A stretch of 26,915 bases of DNA from Candidatus Altiarchaeota archaeon (GTDB lineage: Archaea > Altiarchaeota > Altiarchaeia > IMC4 > QMZM01). The notes under the pieces are model-generated. The model was not told where the DNA came from, did not search any database, and saw only the letters and a list, made by a program, of their open reading frames with translations. The position numbers were made by a program, and so were the translations under genes. The DNA is taken from positions 1 to 26,915 of the forward strand of contig JAWAEV010000008.1 in NCBI GenBank assembly GCA_038891095.1, in the 5' to 3' direction. Shown here piece by piece: positions 23,600 to 26,915 of the stretch (position 1 is the first letter of the stretch; every line of letters begins with the position of its first letter).

Positions 23600-25285
23600 T
23601 TATTTTTCTTTTCTTTGTAATCTTTCCCTTAAAACAATTTCAATTAATTCCTCTTCCTCTGCAAAATTCTTTGTTATTTTTTCTTTTGATTTTGTGGATG
23701 AAACTCCTGCCTTGTAAGAAATATAAACTGCAATCATTCCAAAAGTAATAATCATTAAGAAAATTCCAAGGATAGTAAACCCTTGCCTCGCTTCTCTTAC
23801 TATCGCAGATATTGTAATGCTATTTGAGTTTGCTTTCATATTTTCTGTTTCATTTTTAAGTTCATTTTTATTAACTTCTTTAATTGATGATAAATCTTCT
23901 TCAAATTCATAAACTGTAGTCATAGTTGTTAATTCTGGTACCATCATTGGTTTATACTCCTTCCTCTCACTGAAAATATAAAATTTTTTATTTTCTGAAG
24001 CAACCATTATCTCTGCCTTATTATCATTGTCAATGTCTGCTATAATCGGACTTTCTGTTATTTTACCAGAGGTTTTATATTCAAAAATTTTAAAACCTTC
24101 TGGTTTTAATATGTAAATCTTCCCATCTGCTGAAGCAAATATTATCTCTTTTTTTCCATCATTGTTTAGATCAGCAACCACTGGCGATGCAATAATTTTA
24201 TCATTCACTGTATAGCTGTAAATTTTCTTCCCAAAACCATTTAAAACATAGAGGTTTTTATCTGATGAACCAAAAACTATTTCCGCCAAAGAATCACCAT
24301 CTATGTCAGAAATCGCAGTTGATGATAAAATCTCTCTATTTGTTTTATATGACCATTTGTCTTTAAAAATTATCTGTTTTTTTACTTCAGTTTTCCAGTT
24401 TCCATTACCTATATTAATGAATTTCCTATTTTCATTTATAATTTCCCAATAACCAAGACAATATATGTTACCATCAGCTGAACCAAAAACAATTTCTTCT
24501 TTGCCATCATTATCTACATCATAGACTGATGGTGATGATACTATATCTCCCTTTGCTAAGTAAATTCCAACTATGTTAAGAGGTCTCCCATTAATTGCGG
24601 GGGTTATCACATAAAGTCTATTGTCCCTTGAGCCAAAAATTATATCTTGTCTTCCATCGTTATTTATGTCAGCAATTGCAGGATATGATTCAATACTTCC
24701 TTGTGCTTTGAATTTTGAAATTTCATTTCCTTTACTATCTAAAACATATAGAGTTCCATCTCCACAACCAAAAATAATTTCTTTCCTTCCATCATTATTT
24801 AGATCATAAATTTTCGCAGCAGATGTTATCTCGGAATTTGCAACAAAGTTGAATAAAATTTCTCCTTCAGCGTTTAGAGCATATAAAACTCTACCTGCTG
24901 AGAAAAAAATCTCTGCAGTTGAATCATCTTCAAGATCAGCAACTGTTGCTGATGTTCTGATTTTTTCGTTTGCTCTATATGTAGAGTATAGTTCATTAAA
25001 ATTTTTTATTACATATAAATTTCCTTCTCTTGATGTTAATATAATTTCATTTTTTCCATCTTTATCTAAATCAAAAACAATAGGACTTAGAAATGTCTCG
25101 TTTTCATAGAGATAGGATAGCTCAATTTTTTCAGTTGATATTTCAGAGCGCCAAGGACTATAGCCAGAGTTTTTTTCATCATATCTTAACATTGGCCAAT
25201 CTCCAACAGCAGAAACCTTAAATGAAAAGAGTAACACAAAAAAAATTAAAATTACTGCGAAGAAAATTTTCAATATTAATTTCAT
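23600..25285 (-). CDS. Membrane-anchored FG-GAP/VCBS-repeat beta-propeller protein
   Basis: Signal peptide, DWPMLRYD, 8 repeats of S-x(3-4)-D[LIV]xxD[GSN]xxEI..GS.D...Y, C-terminal TM and charged tail. Confidence 0.9.
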   Translation of the reverse strand: MKLILKIFFAVILIFFVLLFSFKVSAVGDWPMLRYDEKNSGYSPWRSEISTEKIELSYLYENETFLSPIVFDLDKDGKNEIILTSREGNLYVIKNFNELYSTYRANEKIRTSATVADLEDDSTAEIFFSAGRVLYALNAEGEILFNFVANSEITSAAKIYDLNNDGRKEIIFGCGDGTLYVLDSKGNEISKFKAQGSIESYPAIADINNDGRQDIIFGSRDNRLYVITPAINGRPLNIVGIYLAKGDIVSSPSVYDVDNDGKEEIVFGSADGNIYCLGYWEIINENRKFINIGNGNWKTEVKKQIIFKDKWSYKTNREILSSTAISDIDGDSLAEIVFGSSDKNLYVLNGFGKKIYSYTVNDKIIASPVVADLNNDGKKEIIFASADGKIYILKPEGFKIFEYKTSGKITESPIIADIDNDNKAEIMVASENKKFYIFSERKEYKPMMVPELTTMTTVYEFEEDLSSIKEVNKNELKNETENMKANSNSITISAIVREARQGFTILGIFLMIITFGMIAVYISYKAGVSSTKSKEKITKNFAEEEELIEIVLRERLQRKEK

Positions 25286-26915
25286 TTTGTTTTTTGTTCT
25301 TTTGGTGATCCCTTAGTTGAAAGGTACTGCATTTCAGCTTCTATCTCTCTCTCTTTTCTCCCCTTTTCTTTGCCTTTGTTATATGCAATATAACACAAAA
25401 TTAAAAATAAGAACAAAAGGAAAAGTAAAATGCTTCCAATATGTTCAGTTGAAAATTTTATCATTGAGGCAATAATTCCAATCTTAGGTTGAGTACATGG
25501 CTTGCATGGGCCACCGCAGTCTATGCCTTGTTCACCTTGATTTTGAATCCCATCATAGCATGTTGGTGTTTTACAAGTTTTATTGTAGCAATAATTACTT
25601 AGACAATCTTCATTAGTTCTGCAGTTTCTATCATCACCGCATGGTTTGCATGGGCCACCGCAGTCTATATCAGTCTCACCTTGATTTTTCAATCCATCAG
25701 CACAATTTGCACATGTTGGACAGCAAGGTTCACATGGGCCACCGCAGTCTATGCCTTGTTCACCTTGATTTTGAATTCCATCATAGCATGTTGGACATGG
25801 TGGACAATTTGGGCCACCGCAATCTGATATATCTTTCTTGTTAGAAGACATCATTTGAGATACTTTCTCTTCTCCCTGATTTAAAATCCCGTCCTTACAA
25901 GATGGCACTTTGCAAGTTCCCTTATAGCAATAATTACTACAACAGTCTGAGTTTGTTTTACATTTCTTCTCAGCTTCGCAACAAGGGCAACTACCTCCAC
26001 CGCAGTCAACATCTGTCTCATTTCTGTTTTTTATGTTATCATAGCACAAACTAATGCAATCCGGAATTTCTACATATTTAGTAGCCTCTTCATAACCTGA
26101 CTTTCTCGCTCTTACAAAGTAACTACCTGTTTTTTCTGGAGTAAATTCAAAAATTCCATAAGTGTTAGTTCTCCCATAGGCAACTTTCTTGTTATTAAGG
26201 AATATATCAATTTCTGCGTCACTTACTCTCTTCTCATTATTTCTTAAAATTTGTATTTTTACACCATGACCCACACAAGTTATATTTGCATTTATGTATA
26301 AATTTTCCAATATCTTTGGTAGAGGTATAAAGGGTATAGTGGTTGTTGTAATTTCTTGTAGAGTTGTTGTAGTGGTGGTTGTTGTGGTTGCTGAGGGAAT
26401 CTGTTTATTTCCGAATAGAACTTCTGATAGTTGGTCTTGCTCTACATAAGCACTCTTAGTTATTCCATTTGTGCATTCCCAACCTGAAGGTACTTGTTCT
26501 ATGATAGTATAACTTCCAACAGGAATGCAATCAGTTATTGCAACTCCACCACTTTCAGTTGTTTTCCAGAAGTTTCTTCCTTGACCAACTACATTAAAGT
26601 TAAATCCTGGTAAGCCAACTTCTCCATAGTCCCAAACACCATTTGCATTTGCATCATTGAACTTGAAGATTTTTAAGTAGCCACATTGTAATGGCAGAGT
26701 TGTTGTGGTTGTTATGGTTGTTGTAGTTGTGGTTGTTGTAGTTGTTGGTGGAATTTGTCTATTACCAAACCTAACCTCTGATAGCTGGCTTTGACTTACA
26801 TATACACTCTTAGTTATTCCATTTGTGCATTCCCAACCTGAAGGTACTTGTTCTATGATAGTATAACTTCCAACAGGAATGCAATCAGTTATTGCAACTC
26901 CACCACTTTCAGTTG
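25282..26915 (-). CDS. Large cell-surface protein (5' partial): SdrD-B/CnaB-like repeats with poly-Thr linkers, beta-sandwich, Cys-rich CxDGxxNQGExxxDCGG repeats and C-terminal TM
   Basis: The frame of track ORF 25282..26310 stays open to the window end by hand translation: ...TESGGVAITDCIPVGSYTIIEQVPSGWECTNGITKSVYVSQSQLSEVRFGNRQIPPTTTT...CGYLKIFKFNDANANGVWDYGEVGLPGFNF... Confidence 0.88.
   Translation of the reverse strand, partial: TESGGVAITDCIPVGSYTIIEQVPSGWECTNGITKSVYVSQSQLSEVRFGNRQIPPTTTTTTTTTTITTTTTLPLQCGYLKIFKFNDANANGVWDYGEVGLPGFNFNVVGQGRNFWKTTESGGVAITDCIPVGSYTIIEQVPSGWECTNGITKSAYVEQDQLSEVLFGNKQIPSATTTTTTTTTLQEITTTTIPFIPLPKILENLYINANITCVGHGVKIQILRNNEKRVSDAEIDIFLNNKKVAYGRTNTYGIFEFTPEKTGSYFVRARKSGYEEATKYVEIPDCISLCYDNIKNRNETDVDCGGGSCPCCEAEKKCKTNSDCCSNYCYKGTCKVPSCKDGILNQGEEKVSQMMSSNKKDISDCGGPNCPPCPTCYDGIQNQGEQGIDCGGPCEPCCPTCANCADGLKNQGETDIDCGGPCKPCGDDRNCRTNEDCLSNYCYNKTCKTPTCYDGIQNQGEQGIDCGGPCKPCTQPKIGIIASMIKFSTEHIGSILLFLLFLFLILCYIAYNKGKEKGRKEREIEAEMQYLSTKGSPKEQKTK
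25505..25794 (-). repeat. 62-bp near-identical intragenic duplication (25505-25566 and 25733-25794, 1 mismatch) encoding PTCYDGIQNQGEQGIDCGGPC
   Basis: Direct sequence comparison. Confidence 0.9.
26451..26915 (-). repeat. 111-bp exact intragenic duplication (26451-26561 and 26805-26915; period 354 nt = 118 aa)
   Basis: Direct sequence comparison. The second copy is cut by the window edge. Confidence 0.92.

Noticed and set aside
1327-25844. Numerous short antisense or alternate-frame ORFs (e.g. 1327..1689, 6190..6546, 7750..8022, 11599..11910, 12134..12469, 15927..16349, 22766..23194)
   Set aside because: They overlap well-supported genes and show the F/S/L-rich composition typical of antisense frames of K/E-rich genes.
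25282-26310. Start codon at 26310 (342-aa protein)
   Set aside because: The frame stays open with recognisable domains to the window edge, so the true start is off-window.
25505-26915. Diversity-generating retroelement TR/VR pair
   Set aside because: Mismatches between repeat copies are not adenine-specific, both copies are in-frame domains of one gene, and no reverse transcriptase is in the window.

Overview
AT-rich, tightly packed archaeal chromosome segment. Archaeal origin is supported by the A-type ATPase, archaeal SecDF, Dph6, archaeal-type CoaD and tRNAs with bulge-helix-bulge (BHB) introns. VirB2-like pilin domains, poly-Thr linkers and Cys-rich surface proteins suggest Altiarchaeota or a related lineage, which is inference only. 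Left to right: a partial radC, a truncated Type III-like methyltransferase N-terminus, pyrD and a small HExxH protein. Next come two identical 93-bp tandem units that each duplicate the 5' 22 nt of tRNA-Ile(CAU) plus a palindrome, then intron-containing tRNA-Ile(CAU) and tRNA-Thr(UGU), followed directly by an RNase J-like beta-CASP nuclease and a solo Cas4-like nuclease. A secreted protein with two VirB2-like pilin domains and Cys-rich repeats follows. The middle holds a minus-strand secF-secD-atpH-E-F-A-B-D-orf operon lacking atpI/K/C, then coaD, coaB, rdgB, an FKBP PPIase, YbaK, dph6, a PEGA-type secreted protein and a Gate-domain membrane protein. The right end is a coupled minus-strand trio: a large SdrD-B/Cys-rich adhesin, an FG-GAP beta-propeller with a TM helix, and a degenerate HPS TIM barrel fused to a coiled coil and a wHTH. 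The best candidates for novel systems are this trio, the tandem-pilin protein and the tRNA-fragment repeat/RNase J/Cas4 unit. All family calls come from motifs recognised by eye; no searches were run.
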